58,772 bases of DNA from Candidatus Woesearchaeota archaeon (GCA_964493655.1 CAZBOY010000001.1:1-58772), one strand, 5' to 3'; counted from the first letter of the stretch, positions 18,328 to 27,335 are shown. Notes: generated from the sequence alone by a model not told the origin. Made by a program: numbers and translations.

Positions 18328-18546
18328 ATGGCAAACACACTATCCCAAATAGAGAAAAATACACAGGCGAGTTTTGGTTATGTGAAAAAGGATTTGCTTA
18401 TGCTTAACGACGCTGTGAGTGATATCCAGACAAAGATTCAGCACCTTAGTATGAATCATGCTGCGCTTCTTGAGAAGATAAGTGAGATGGAACAAGGAAA
18501 AAAGAAAACTTCTAAAAAGAATTCTAAGAGGAAAGGAAAAAATTAA
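18328..18546 (+). CDS. small coiled-coil protein with a Lys-rich tail
   Basis: ATG at 18328 within the listed ORF. No motif recognised. Confidence 0.45.
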   Translation: MANTLSQIEKNTQASFGYVKKDLLMLNDAVSDIQTKIQHLSMNHAALLEKISEMEQGKKKTSKKNSKRKGKN

Positions 18547-18547
18547 T

Positions 18548-18805
18548 ATGTGTAATTATGTTGTTGGGATAAAATGTCCAAAACTTGAAGAATATTTTTC
18601 TGATTTAGTTATTCTTTCCGGTAGGTATGGATCTATTGGAACAAGAAGAAAGGATTTTCGAACTGCAGATGTTACGGAGGTTGATTGTGAGTTTGATTTT
18701 AATCGTAGTCCTAATGCTCTCGGATTTGTGGAAGCAGTTGAAGGTTTAGATTATATTGAGGGAACTACTTATATGTCTAAGCAAAAGCCAAAGAATGGTG
18801 GATAA
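18548..18805 (+). CDS. hypothetical small protein
   Basis: ATG lies 2 nt after the upstream stop. The 5' part of the listed longer ORF overlaps the previous gene. Confidence 0.45.
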   Translation: MCNYVVGIKCPKLEEYFSDLVILSGRYGSIGTRRKDFRTADVTEVDCEFDFNRSPNALGFVEAVEGLDYIEGTTYMSKQKPKNGG

Positions 18806-18889
18806 ACACTATCAAAATCTTTAAAAACTAATTCTGCAAGATTATTCTATTGCAAACGAAGTTTGCCTATCTTAGGAAAGGTGAACTTC

Positions 18890-18909
18890 AGGAAAACCTA
18901 GGTTTTCCT
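18890..18909. promoter_or_regulatory. perfect 20-bp palindrome AGGAAAACCTAGGTTTTCCT abutting the 5' end of tRNA-Asp
   Basis: Read directly from the sequence. A second CTTAGGAAA half-site lies at 18871-18879. Confidence 0.3.
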
Positions 18910-18911
18910 AA

Positions 18912-18983
18912 GCCTCGGTAGTTAAGTGGCTATAACACGACCCTGTCGCGGTCGAATCCCGGGTTCAATTCCCGGTCGGGGCG
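18912..18983 (+). tRNA. tRNA-Asp: tRNA-Asp (anticodon GTC), 72 nt, no encoded CCA, no intron
   Basis: Manual cloverleaf. Acceptor GCCTCGG/TCGGGGC (two G-T pairs). D stem GTTA/TAAC. Anticodon stem CGACC/GGTCG with loop CTGTCGC. T stem CCGGG/CCCGG with loop TTCAATT. Confidence 0.9.
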
Positions 18984-19157
18984 TATTTACTATTGAACGA
19001 AAGTGAGATAGTAATTATTTCTGATTTGGAATTGAACAGGTTCAATTGGAGGAAGAGCTTTTGAAAAACAAATTTTTTATATTATTTTGAAAAAAGTTCT
19101 GACGATTTAGGTCGTGGCGTCCAACCCCTCAACATTTTTAAGTGCCTTAATTTTATA

Positions 19158-20336
19158 ATGTTTATGGGAATACTAGATTTTTTTAGAAGAAAGAAGGTTT
19201 CTAAGCCAGAATCAAAGGAAATTGAGTTTGATGAAATTGAAAATTGGCTGGAGGATAAAACAAAAGGGATTAATAAAAAAGAAGGGGAGGTTTTTGATTT
19301 AATTAGGGGAAAGATTGATTTGTTTATGGGGGAGATTGGTAAAAAAACAAAAGTTCTTGAAGCAGTTGATGTTGAATCCAAAAAGGTTGAGGACAGAGTA
19401 AAGATAATTGTTCGGCAGAGTTTGGATAAGTATTTGAATTTTGTTAGTATTTTTATAAAAGAACTTGATGAAATTGAAAAACAAAATCTCTGTCAGTTTA
19501 TTGATGAATTAAACAAGATTTTTTCAGAGTTTGATAAACATTCCTATGTTTTTTATAAGAGAGCTACTTATTTAATTGGGGATGAAATCGCCGCAGTAAA
19601 ACAGGAAATAAATAATCTTTCTGAGTATTTTACTAAGTTGTTTAAGGAAAGCGAGGAGATTGTTAAATCTTTGAAGGCAGTTTTTTCTATTAAATTAAAA
19701 TTGCGTAAGATTGATGAGCTTGTTGCTAGTATTGATAAAATTAATTCAGAAGTTAAGGTTCTTGATGAGAGAATAAAAAATAAGAAAGATAAGGTTGAGG
19801 AGATTCTTGAGGAGATTGGAAAAATTAAAACCAGTAAAGGTTATAGAGAAAATCTGAAAAAGCACGAAGAAATTAAATTAACTGAAAAACAATTGGGAGA
19901 GGATGTTTTAAAATTAAAGTCACTTGTTGATTTTAAGGCGCTGAGCAATGTTTTTCATTCTGATGAAAAGAAGATGAAAATAATCAAAAGTTATAAAGAA
20001 GATTTTCAAGAAGGTCTTTCTAAAAATGATGGTGAAAGTATTTTAGGTTTGATAAGTGAAGCTGAATTATATAGCGATATTATCTCTGATAAAATAAAAC
20101 AAATTAATGAAAAAAAGCAAAACCTAGTTGAAATTAAAAAGCTCATTAAAAAAGATAAAATAAAAGTATTATCTGAAGAAGTGGAAAAGGTGGAGAAAGA
20201 GATTGAGGATTTAAAGATTGAAAAAGTTAAGCATGTAAAAAGGGGTGAGGTGATTGAGGTTAGTAGGGGAGGGATTGTGGGGGAAGTAATGGAGGGGGTT
20301 GGGGGGTTTGGGGTGAGATTAAAGTCGGAATTCTAA
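19158..20336 (+). CDS. long coiled-coil protein of unknown function
   Basis: 392-aa K/E-rich heptad-like sequence with a Gly-rich C-terminus. Confidence 0.65.
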   Translation: MFMGILDFFRRKKVSKPESKEIEFDEIENWLEDKTKGINKKEGEVFDLIRGKIDLFMGEIGKKTKVLEAVDVESKKVEDRVKIIVRQSLDKYLNFVSIFIKELDEIEKQNLCQFIDELNKIFSEFDKHSYVFYKRATYLIGDEIAAVKQEINNLSEYFTKLFKESEEIVKSLKAVFSIKLKLRKIDELVASIDKINSEVKVLDERIKNKKDKVEEILEEIGKIKTSKGYRENLKKHEEIKLTEKQLGEDVLKLKSLVDFKALSNVFHSDEKKMKIIKSYKEDFQEGLSKNDGESILGLISEAELYSDIISDKIKQINEKKQNLVEIKKLIKKDKIKVLSEEVEKVEKEIEDLKIEKVKHVKRGEVIEVSRGGIVGEVMEGVGGFGVRLKSEF

Positions 20337-20363
20337 ATAAAAAACAGATTAAGAAATACTAAA

Positions 20364-20542
20364 GCGCGAAGCGCATTTCGGAAAAAATTTTACTCTTTGA
20401 ACATTATAGATAAGATAGTCAAGAGTGAAATTTTTTGGCTTGTCGCGAGACAAGCATATTATAAGTGTGCCTAGCGGCACACCGAATTCGCCTTCTACTC
20501 GTGCCCAGGTCTCATATCTTATGTTTAAATTTGTCGAGACCT
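20364..20542. other. cluster of GC-rich stem-loops in a 500-bp intergenic region (candidate structured ncRNA or hairpin array)
   Basis: GCGC-GAA-GCGC (20364-20374). GCTTGTC-GCGA-GACAAGC (20438-20455). GTGTGCC-TAGC-GGCACAC (20465-20482). AGGTCTC...GAGACCT (20507-20542). The listed ORF 20465..20650 is probably spurious. Confidence 0.35.
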
Positions 20543-20646
20543 AAACACTCGCAATTTGTGATTGTTATGTGGCTGTTTATTTTTTGTGGGCGGCTGTTTA
20601 GTGTTTTTATTTTCTTTAGGAAAAAGATTCTTGGGTTTAGTAATAA

Positions 20647-20740
20647 CTGATAACTCATCGATGGATTTATTGTGAGATTCATAAATTTTCTTGGTGAGGC
20701 AAAAATGTGAGAGTGAATGAAATGAGCGGATTTTGCTGGG
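20647..20740. repeat. second repeat family, locus 2 (Y 20647-20694, inverted X 20698-20740)
   Basis: See locus 1. The same two segments are present, but X is on the other side of Y and inverted. Confidence 0.7.
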
Positions 20741-20837
20741 TGAGATTAAAAAATTAAAAAGAAAGTTTTATAAATCCCCTTTCTATGTAAAATCAGGGGG
20801 GATGGTAAAGAATCACCTTAGAATTCTATAATGGAAA

Positions 20838-21173
20838 ATGAGCAAAACAGAAGAACAATACGAAGAATTTGAAGCACATTACAAAAACAATAGCATTTTT
20901 ATACCAAAAGTAGTAAGTAACTCTAATAGGCTTTCTGAGGGTGATGGTTTGGTTTTAAAAATTGTGAGTGGTAGACCTATTTCTACTGGTGATCAAGATT
21001 ACAAAAAAAGATTTCAAGAACAATTAAATCCCCTAATTGGAAAAATACTTTTTACAAATGTTGAGTCATATGGGGGCATTACTCAAAAACAATATGATGC
21101 ACATTTTGAGCCAAGACTTGATTTAACTAATGAAGGGATACTTAATATTAGAATAGAAGACATCGTAAAATAA
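20838..21173 (+). CDS. hypothetical protein
   Basis: 111-aa ORF. No motif recognised. Confidence 0.55.
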   Translation: MSKTEEQYEEFEAHYKNNSIFIPKVVSNSNRLSEGDGLVLKIVSGRPISTGDQDYKKRFQEQLNPLIGKILFTNVESYGGITQKQYDAHFEPRLDLTNEGILNIRIEDIVK

Positions 21174-21216
21174 AATCTAACCTTAACTCTAGTTTAAAAT
21201 TTCAGTGTGGGCATCC

Positions 21217-21462
21217 CTAATCAAACCACCCAAGCTTTTCCCCACGAGGTAATTGTTTTATTTCATACTCGCATTTGCAAGCATCTGATTTATCTTTGCA
21301 TTCTTTAACCCTTAGCAATTTCTTAAACCCCTTTCTGTAAACATACTTGCTTCCCTTTCCTGTTACATGTGCCTTCATCCGAGCATCAAGGTTATTTGTC
21401 ACACCAGTGTAAAATGAATCATCTTGGCACTCAAGGATATATACAAACCATTGTTTTTCCAT
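21217..21462 (-). CDS. GIY-YIG (URI) domain nuclease-like small protein
   Basis: WFVYILECQDDSFYTGVTNNLDARMKAHVTGKGSKY matches the GIY-YIG layout. Confidence 0.75.
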   Translation of the reverse strand: MEKQWFVYILECQDDSFYTGVTNNLDARMKAHVTGKGSKYVYRKGFKKLLRVKECKDKSDACKCEYEIKQLPRGEKLGWFD

Positions 21463-21512
21463 CTAATTTGTTAAGAGCAGAAGTTTAAATAATCAATTGT
21501 CTTTTGTATAAA

Positions 21513-22340
21513 ATGAAATTTCCGCACAAATTTTCAGCAAATAGAACAAAAAATCTGGAAAAGATAAATAAGCAGAGGGGGAAATATCCAGACATAGTTA
21601 AAAAAATGATTAAGGTTTGTGATGTTATTCTCGAGGTTTTGGATGCGCGATTTATTGAAGAAACAAGAAATGAAAAAGTTGAAAAGCAAATTAGAAAACA
21701 TGGGAAAAAATTGATTTATGTTTTGAACAAATCGGATTTAGTTGATAAGGATAAAATTAAATTAAATAAAGAATTAACTCCTGTGGTTTTTGTTTCGTGT
21801 AAATTTAGAAAAGGTTCGGGGTTGCTGAGGGATGCTATAAGAGATGCTGTTGAATCAAGAGATGCTAATTATACAAGGGCGCATGTTGGAATAATTGGGT
21901 ATCCTAATACTGGCAAGAGTTCTTTGATAAATTTTCTTACTGGGAAAAAATCTGCAAGAACTGCACATGAGGCAGGGTTTACAAAAGGTGTGCAAAAAAT
22001 TAGATTAAGTAAAAATATACTTCTTTTAGATACTCCGGGGGTGATTTCTGAGGAACATTATTCAATGACTGATTCAGATAAAATTATAAAACAGGTGAAG
22101 ATTGGGGCAAGAAATTCTGAGAATGTAAAAGAACCTGAAATGATTTTAGATAGGTTGATGAAAGAATATTCAAAACAGATGGAAAAGTTTTATGGGATTT
22201 GTGCAAATGGGGATACAGAAGTTTTAATAGAACAACTTGGGAGGCAAAAAAAGTTTCTTGCAAAAGGCGGGATTGTTGATGTTGATAAAACCGCAAGATT
22301 AATTTTGAGAGATTGGCAGAGGGGCGGGATTCGTGCGTGA
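21513..22340 (+). CDS. circularly permuted ribosome-biogenesis GTPase (YlqF/RbgA-like)
   Basis: G4 NKSD precedes G1 GYPNTGKSS and G3 DTPG. ATG at 21513 within the listed TTG-start ORF. Confidence 0.8.
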   Translation: MKFPHKFSANRTKNLEKINKQRGKYPDIVKKMIKVCDVILEVLDARFIEETRNEKVEKQIRKHGKKLIYVLNKSDLVDKDKIKLNKELTPVVFVSCKFRKGSGLLRDAIRDAVESRDANYTRAHVGIIGYPNTGKSSLINFLTGKKSARTAHEAGFTKGVQKIRLSKNILLLDTPGVISEEHYSMTDSDKIIKQVKIGARNSENVKEPEMILDRLMKEYSKQMEKFYGICANGDTEVLIEQLGRQKKFLAKGGIVDVDKTARLILRDWQRGGIRA

Positions 22341-22438
22341 AGTTGGGCATTACTAAATTAATTTATTAATCTAACAAACATTTTTGGATGATATTTTCAT
22401 CAACGTTACCTTTCGAAGATTTTGTGAATTAATAAAAT

Positions 22439-23209
22439 TTAAGCTTCAGCTTTCCTATTCAACCGCCTCTCAATAAAAAACAAAATTCCCAGAGCCATAA
22501 CAGCTCCTACAAAAACAAGTGCGATGGGTGTTCTCTTTCCTGAGAAGAAAAACCCTTCTTTATCTGGGTCATTAACTCCTCCGATTATTCCTCCGCTAAG
22601 AAGTGATTCATCATAAGCCCCGACTACATTTCCTGTTCCAGTTAGATAGACTGCTTTTTTTGTAATTGTATTTTCCCCATCTGTAACCTTGATGTCGTAA
22701 TTTCCTTCTGGAGCAACAAGTTTTAATTCTTTGGTTTTTCCCACACCTAAGTTTATACTTTGGGGAGTTATGTCATCTCCGATAATTATCTGGATTTGTT
22801 TTTGATACGGTGTGTTTCCTTTGTTGATTATTACTAGTGTATCTTCTTTAATTTGAAATTCAACTTGTACATTTGCTTTTATAAAAAAAGGTCGTGATTC
22901 AATTGTTTTGTCTTTATATTCTGCTCTTACTTTCCACCCCCCAGATGCAAAATCATCTTCAATCAAAAGTGTGTTGTCTTCATTGGATGTAACTGTTTTT
23001 GTAATTTGTTTTCTATCTAGAGCATCTGAAAAATAAATTGTAACCTGGTCTGAAATCTGTTTTCCATCTTCTAAAAGTAAAACTCTATAAACAAGTTCGT
23101 CACCAGATGAATATTCTGGCTTGTCAAATTTTATATCTAAAGAGTATTCTGCTGAAACAAAAGAAATCGCGAGTAATACAAATACTAAACTTAACATCAG
23201 TTTTTCCAT
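22439..23209 (-). CDS. secreted, C-terminally membrane-anchored beta-rich protein
   Basis: Signal peptide, a C-terminal TM helix plus a basic tail, and no catalytic motif. Confidence 0.65.
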   Translation of the reverse strand: MEKLMLSLVFVLLAISFVSAEYSLDIKFDKPEYSSGDELVYRVLLLEDGKQISDQVTIYFSDALDRKQITKTVTSNEDNTLLIEDDFASGGWKVRAEYKDKTIESRPFFIKANVQVEFQIKEDTLVIINKGNTPYQKQIQIIIGDDITPQSINLGVGKTKELKLVAPEGNYDIKVTDGENTITKKAVYLTGTGNVVGAYDESLLSGGIIGGVNDPDKEGFFFSGKRTPIALVFVGAVMALGILFFIERRLNRKAEA

Positions 23210-23330
23210 ATTTGTTTTAATAAAAAGAATTATTTAAAGGTTTCTGTGTTGAGGCCTTAGTTGGATTTACCAAACAAAGCATTTCCTCAAACCCCATAAT
23301 ATTTATAAAAGATATTTCATAAAGAATTAT

Positions 23331-26210
23331 ATGGATAGAAGAGAGGTGACTGTTGTGGTTCTTACAATAATTTTGATGGCTGTGTTCTCATTTGCGATTC
23401 TTTACAAACTCGGGGGGAATAATTTATCTGGGATGATTACTGGTTTTGCTGTTTTTTCTCAAGATAGCCAGGCTGGTTTTGATGAAGGCAGTTATAGTAA
23501 TGTTGGGTGGAATGGTAGTGATGTTGTTTTAAGTTCAAGCCAAACTTCAGGGACTTACACTTCAAAAGTTTTTGATGCAGGTAATGATGCTTATTGGAAT
23601 TCAATAACAGAAACTTCTATAACACCCGATGTTGATTTTTTATATGGGGTGGATGGGGGTGGGGATGTTTATGTTTCTTCGGATTCTGGTTTGACTTGGA
23701 ATTTGAAAAAAGAAGATTATGGAAGAACTTCAGATACTGTGGAAATGTTTTCTGATTCTGATTATTTATACATTCTTTCAAGTTCAAACAGAGAAGTTTT
23801 TCGTTCAGGTGATTTAGGTGTGAGTTGGAGCATTGTTAATAATGATTTTGCAGATAGTGGAGTCTTGGCTGGTGAAAAAGATTCTTCTGGAAATTTATAT
23901 GCTGTTGATGCTTCTGGAGATGTTTATATTTCAATAAATGATGGAGTAACCTGGATACTACAAGGAGATTTTAATGCAGAAGCGACAAACAATGCAAAAG
24001 GTTTTGGAATATCATTATCTGGAGTTTTATATATTGTAGATGGTTCTGGTTCAGTGTTTAAATCAGTAGATTCAGGTGTAACTTGGACAGAACAAAGTTC
24101 AGGATATGGTGGTGGAGCTGGAACTGATGATTTAGAAATAGATAGTTCTGGAAATTTATATATTTTAAATAATGATCAAATTTACAAATCTTCAGACGAA
24201 GGAGAAACCTGGAATAAAATAAGTGATGATTTTTCTCCTTATTCAAATGATGGATGTAAAATGTTTATTGAGGATAATGATAACTTTTATATTGCAGATT
24301 GTTCAGGCAGAGTTTTTAGTTCAGGGGATGGTATAACTTGGATTGAATTAGGGGATTTAAATGGCGGGGCTTCAAATGACATAAAAGGATTAACTAATTT
24401 TTTTCAATCAACTTCTTTAACCTTTCAAGTAAGAGCATGTTCAAATTCAGATTGTAGCGACGGAGAATGGGAAGATGTTGATTTAAATGACTTAAGTTTA
24501 CAATCAAGATATTTTCAGTATAAGGTGAGTTTTTTATCACCTGATTCTTCGGTTACACCTATTCTTGAAAGTATGAGTGTTGATTATGATTTGGTTAATA
24601 CAGCGCCTTCTTTATCTTTGGTTCTTCCTCAAGATGGAGATGCTTATGGATATGATGAAGGAATTGTTCTTGATTTTTCTGTTTCAGATGCAGATGATAA
24701 TTTAGATTCTTGTTGGTATACCTTAGATGCTGGAGAAAATAATATTAGTCTTGTAGATTGCACAGACACAACTTTTGATGTTGCAGAAAATGGAGAGTAT
24801 AATCTTGTGATTTATGCAAAAGATATTTTAGGTTTAGAATCAAGTGATAGTGCAAGTTTTAGTGTTGCTATTGGTGCACCTACAATTTCCTTAAATTCTC
24901 CTGTTGATGCTTATTTATCTTCTCAAGAAGTTACATTTATTTACATACCAACTGATTTAGATTTAGATAGTTGTGAATTATGGGGGAATTTTACAGGAGA
25001 TTGGGAAAGAAATCAGACAGATATTTCTCCTGAATCTGGAGTTCAAAATAGTTTTTTACTTACATTAGAAGAAGGGGGTTATTTGTGGAATGTGAAATGT
25101 AATGATACACTTGGGAATTCTGCTACAAATGGAAATCAAAGTTTTTATATTGATATTAGTAATCCCCAGATTAGTATAACTGAACCAAGTGGGACAAAAT
25201 CCTCAAGAACCGGAATTCCTCTGCAATTTTCGATTTCTGATTTAACATCTACAACTTGTTTGTATAATGTTTATCGTGGTTCTTCAGTAGAGGTAAGTAA
25301 TACTACAATTTCAGATTGTGCGAGCACAAGTTTTAGTGTAACTGTTGATGCTGATTTTGTTTTGAATTTATATGTAGAGGATTCTGTGGGGAATGAAAAT
25401 TCAACAAGCACAAGTTTCAGTGTCAATACTGCTTTGCCAGGGGGAGATACTGGAGGTGGTGGGGGTGGTGGAAGTAGTACTGTTATTATTCCTCCTAGTG
25501 AAGAAAAATTTGATGTTGAATTAATAGAAGGAACCGGAGATATAATTGTCTATCCTGGTGATGAAAAAACCCTGGCAATCTCGGTAAAAAATACTGGTAA
25601 TCAATTTTTAAATAAATGCAAACTAACTGGAGATTGTGAATCAAATGATTTGAAAAATATTGATGTTGGAGAAATTTCTGAATTTGTCTTTACTTTAAGT
25701 GTTCCAGCTTCTGGAGATTATTCGCCTAAGATAAAATTAGAGTGTGTTGAAAAAACTTTGAATATTAATTTAGATGTAACTTTAATTAATTCTAATTCAA
25801 ATATTGAAATTTCTAAAATAAGTTTGGAAGGGAATAATCTTATTGTTGATTATATTTCTAAATTTTCGGATTCTGTTGATCTTGAGTTTGCAATTTTAAA
25901 TAATCTTGGTGGGAAAATTGTTAAGCAGACAGAACTTGCTAGTCCAGGGGCGAACTCTTTTGAATTTGATATTTCTAGTGCTGAAAAAGGAATGTTAAAA
26001 TTAGCGGTTTACATACCTGGACAAAAAACCGTTTTGGTTGAAGAGAGTTTTATTTATTCTAGTGGAGGAATCACTGGGTTTGTTTTTAGAGATATTCTTG
26101 GAGATGGGGGCTATACAATCGGGGTTGGGGCTATTGTTATTGTTTTTTTAATTATTGGCTTTTTTATGGTTAGAAGAATTTTTAGATTGAGGAAGAAAAG
26201 GAAGAGATAA
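23331..26210 (+). CDS. large surface protein: BNR/Asp-box beta-propeller, Ig-like domains, C-terminal TM anchor
   Basis: Six Asp-box-like repeats (SSDSGLTW, SGDLGVSW, SINDGVTW, SVDSGVTW, SSDEGETW, SSGDGITW). A Gly8 linker. A C-terminal TM helix followed by RLRKKRKR. Confidence 0.8.
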   Translation: MDRREVTVVVLTIILMAVFSFAILYKLGGNNLSGMITGFAVFSQDSQAGFDEGSYSNVGWNGSDVVLSSSQTSGTYTSKVFDAGNDAYWNSITETSITPDVDFLYGVDGGGDVYVSSDSGLTWNLKKEDYGRTSDTVEMFSDSDYLYILSSSNREVFRSGDLGVSWSIVNNDFADSGVLAGEKDSSGNLYAVDASGDVYISINDGVTWILQGDFNAEATNNAKGFGISLSGVLYIVDGSGSVFKSVDSGVTWTEQSSGYGGGAGTDDLEIDSSGNLYILNNDQIYKSSDEGETWNKISDDFSPYSNDGCKMFIEDNDNFYIADCSGRVFSSGDGITWIELGDLNGGASNDIKGLTNFFQSTSLTFQVRACSNSDCSDGEWEDVDLNDLSLQSRYFQYKVSFLSPDSSVTPILESMSVDYDLVNTAPSLSLVLPQDGDAYGYDEGIVLDFSVSDADDNLDSCWYTLDAGENNISLVDCTDTTFDVAENGEYNLVIYAKDILGLESSDSASFSVAIGAPTISLNSPVDAYLSSQEVTFIYIPTDLDLDSCELWGNFTGDWERNQTDISPESGVQNSFLLTLEEGGYLWNVKCNDTLGNSATNGNQSFYIDISNPQISITEPSGTKSSRTGIPLQFSISDLTSTTCLYNVYRGSSVEVSNTTISDCASTSFSVTVDADFVLNLYVEDSVGNENSTSTSFSVNTALPGGDTGGGGGGGSSTVIIPPSEEKFDVELIEGTGDIIVYPGDEKTLAISVKNTGNQFLNKCKLTGDCESNDLKNIDVGEISEFVFTLSVPASGDYSPKIKLECVEKTLNINLDVTLINSNSNIEISKISLEGNNLIVDYISKFSDSVDLEFAILNNLGGKIVKQTELASPGANSFEFDISSAEKGMLKLAVYIPGQKTVLVEESFIYSSGGITGFVFRDILGDGGYTIGVGAIVIVFLIIGFFMVRRIFRLRKKRKR

Positions 26211-26295
26211 ATTTAAGATTTTTTAACTTTCTAAATTGTTTTCTAAAAACTAGTTTCATCAATATGTTTTTAAATAGATGTTTATTATCTTTTTT

Positions 26296-26640
26296 ATGAA
26301 AAAAAATACCTTGATAATGGTTAGTTTGATGGTTGTAATAATTGCAATTATTTTAATTATTAATCAAGTAACTTCTAATGGTAATCATGATGCGGAGTTG
26401 ATAAAGTGTATTGCAGAGAACTCTAAGATATATGTTTTGCCGACATGTAGTGCTTGTTCTGCACAGAAAGAATATCTTGGAGAACATCTGGATAAGTTTG
26501 AGATTATTGATTGTGCTAAGGAAAGCGTAGAGTGTTCTGTTAAGGGGATTATTGCAGTTCCAACTTGGGAAATTCTCGGAGAAAAATATCGTGGGTATAA
26601 AACAATTGAAGAATTAAAACAATTAACAGGATGTGAATGA
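26296..26640 (+). CDS. membrane-anchored thioredoxin/glutaredoxin-like protein (CSAC active site)
   Basis: N-terminal TM helix, VLPTCSACSAQKEYL CxxC motif, cis-Pro-like VPTW. ATGA overlap with the next gene. Confidence 0.7.
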   Translation: MKKNTLIMVSLMVVIIAIILIINQVTSNGNHDAELIKCIAENSKIYVLPTCSACSAQKEYLGEHLDKFEIIDCAKESVECSVKGIIAVPTWEILGEKYRGYKTIEELKQLTGCE

Positions 26641-27335
26641 TGGTAAATATTGTAACTATTCTTTCGCTTGCACTTATTGATGCTGTGAATCCTTGTGCTC
26701 TTGCTGTAATGGCAATGGTGTTAGTAACTTTGCTTTTACAAAATCCGACTAAGAAGCGAAATATTCTTTTAGGGGGGTTTTCTTTTACTCTTGCTGTTTT
26801 TATTTTGTATTTTTTATATGGTTTAATAATGATTCAATTTTTTTCTCAAGTCATTCCCAATACTGGAATGATTTCTTATTATATTTTTAAGGGGTTTGGA
26901 TTGTTTGCTATAGTTTTGGGTTTGCTTAATATCAAAGATTTTTTGAATTACAAACCCGGGGGGATTGCAACTGAAATGCCTATGAAACTAAGACCCAAGG
27001 TTAAATTATGGATTAAAAAAATTACAAGTCCGATAGGTGCATTTGTAGTTGGATTAATTGTAACTTTGTTTCTACTTCCATGCACAATCGGTCCTTATAT
27101 AATTGCTTCAAGCCAACTTTCTATTTTGTCTTTTTTACAATCTATTCCTTGGCTTTTAATTTATAATCTTATTTTTGTAATTCCTATGATTACTATTACA
27201 TTAGTAATTTATTTTGGGGTTACAAGTGTTGAGAAGGTTAATGGATGGAAGGAAAAGAATATTAAAAAGTTGCATCTGGTTGAAGGTGTGATTTTAATTT
27301 TGTTGGGTATTGCGATGTTTAGTGGTTTGTTGTAA
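26637..27335 (+). CDS. ccdA: CcdA/DsbD-family transmembrane thiol-disulfide electron transporter
   Basis: Six predicted TM helices with the two conserved membrane Cys motifs (DAVNPCALAV and LLPCTIGPY). Confidence 0.75.
   Translation: MMVNIVTILSLALIDAVNPCALAVMAMVLVTLLLQNPTKKRNILLGGFSFTLAVFILYFLYGLIMIQFFSQVIPNTGMISYYIFKGFGLFAIVLGLLNIKDFLNYKPGGIATEMPMKLRPKVKLWIKKITSPIGAFVVGLIVTLFLLPCTIGPYIIASSQLSILSFLQSIPWLLIYNLIFVIPMITITLVIYFGVTSVEKVNGWKEKNIKKLHLVEGVILILLGIAMFSGLL

Noticed and set aside
19028-19049. Palindrome AATTGAAC-AG-GTTCAATT downstream of tRNA-Asp, sharing GGTTCAATT with the tRNA T-arm, as an integrative-element att site.
   Set aside because: Only 9 nt are shared, there is no integrase, and there is no obvious island boundary.
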